Shown here piece by piece: positions 62,766-64,000 of a stretch of 64,000 nt of DNA. Made by a program: the position numbers and the translations under genes. This DNA is from Macrostomum lignano (Eukaryota), in NCBI GenBank assembly GCA_002269645.1, contig NIVC01003474.1, positions 32,138-96,137 of the forward strand, written 5' to 3'. Within the stretch, counting starts at the first letter, position 1; each line of letters starts with the position of its first letter. The notes beneath the pieces were generated by a model that was not told the DNA's origin, searched no databases, and saw only the letters and a program-made list of their open reading frames with translations.

Positions 62766-63388
62766 TCAACTCAGCAGTTGGGCCCACAGCACAGCCAGCA
62801 GAGCCACCAGCACAGCCAGCAGAATCAGCAGAGCCCCTCTCGATCGAAGCAGATGCGGCAGGCTGACCTGCGCTTTCACCATCAGCAGCCCCAATCTCGA
62901 CCGAGGCTTCCGCTGTCCGCCCGGCTGCTCAAACAGTTTGAGCTCGTCAAACCAGGACGGGGACTGGACAGTGTCCGGCGGTGCAGAGATAAACAGGCGA
63001 CAGGCCTCGGATATGACCGTCTCCAATTGGATGGCGCCGCTATTGGGAATGTTGGCCAGGCAAGAGTGCAGCACAGCAAAATCAATGTCTTCCGGAGGCA
63101 GAGACAGCAGACGATCCTGAAATTTAAACCGATTTGTACTACTTAGCAGTAGCAACATCAAAGATATCTTTTACCTGCAATTCGATTCACCTGCTTGTGC
63201 AGAACCAAAGCAGCACTAAAGTACAGCGGCATCAGCGGATGACTGGCCAAAAAGAAATCGTACAGCCGCAGGATTGCGTCAAGGTCGTCCAGCACGTGAC
63301 CAAACCAAGTGATCACCCAGGCAACTGAGAATGCCGGCGGAACTTCGTGCTTTTCAATGAGATCGGCTATTCGTTTGCCGCGCGGGTC
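62766..63388 (-). CDS. TBC1D20: TBC1 domain family member 20 (Rab GAP), last two exons; 5' part beyond the window
   Basis: Exon 63388-63191 reads AWVITWFGHVLDDLDAILRLYDFFLASHPLMPLYFSAALVL. A 74-bp intron follows, then exon 63116-62766 ending in a C-terminal transmembrane anchor. Confidence 0.92.
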
Positions 63389-63479
63389 CTGAGGGGGGGG
63401 GGCGTTTGGAGTGCGGTGGGTTGCAGCAATGCTATGGCCAATGAGGTACCAACATAACGAGCTGCACTCTAAGACCCTC

Positions 63480-64000
63480 GTGACTGCCCCATGAGATCCT
63501 CAATACTCGGACTGTCTCTCACTGGTCTCCCTGAGACTGCCCCCTTGAGACCTCTTTGAGACTGCCCCTTGAGACCTCTTTGAGACTGCCCCTTGAGACC
63601 TCTTTGAGACTGCCCCCTTGAGACCTCTTTGAGACTGCCCCCTTGAGACCTCTTTGAGACTGCCCCCTTGAGACCTCTTTGAGACTGCCCCCTTGAGATC
63701 TTTGAGACTGCCCCTTGAGACCTCTTTAAGACTGCCCCCTGAGATCTCTTTAAGACTGCCCCCTGAGACCTCTTTAAGACTGCCCCTGAGACCTCTTTAA
63801 GACTGCCCCCTGAGACCTCTTTAAGACTGCCCCCTGAGATCTCTTTAAGACTGCCCCTGAGACCTCTTTAAGACTGCCCCTGAGACCTCTTTAAGACTGC
63901 CCCCTGAGACCTCTTTAAGACTGCCCCCTGAGACCTCTTTAAACTGCCCCTGAGACCTCCCTAATACTGCCCCTGAGAACTCCTTGAGACTGACTGCCCC
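63480..64000. repeat. 24-25-bp minisatellite, TBC1D20 intron
   Basis: gagactgcccccttgagacctcttt repeated to the window end. Confidence 0.95.

Overview
Eukaryotic (metazoan) genomic DNA. GC-rich exons, minisatellite-filled introns, RTE-like and tRNA-SINE repeats and closely spaced co-oriented genes suggest a free-living flatworm such as Macrostomum; this is inference and was not verified. Left half (1-31 kb): an accessory region with four intronless class-A GPCR paralogues (two intact, two disrupted). It also holds a segmental duplication (1-~6460 versus ~15172-18960 plus 24320-~26985) carrying a dead non-LTR RT fragment, a Helitron-helicase scrap and a MITE. The second copy is interrupted by a 5359-bp DNA transposon (18961-24319) with 270-bp TIRs. 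Comparison with the empty site in copy 1 shows it inserted precisely at AAA^TTT with no target-site duplication, the signature described for Spy-type elements of the PIF/Harbinger-ISL2EU-Spy group. It encodes, across one +1 frameshift, a C2H2 finger, a transposase-type HTH, a degenerate SWIM-like segment and a USP-family (C19) deubiquitinase-like domain with intact Cys/His/Asp, but no recognisable DDE core. Its right end is amplified into about 14 tandem 161-bp units. This element is the strongest candidate for an undescribed system. Right half (36-64 kb): six conserved genes, all on the minus strand (TBC1D20, VPS39, OTC, EMC3, C1QBP, TJAP1/BEGAIN-like), forming a candidate trans-spliced operon. 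13 of their 14 inferred introns are phase 0, and most introns and spacers carry a different minisatellite.
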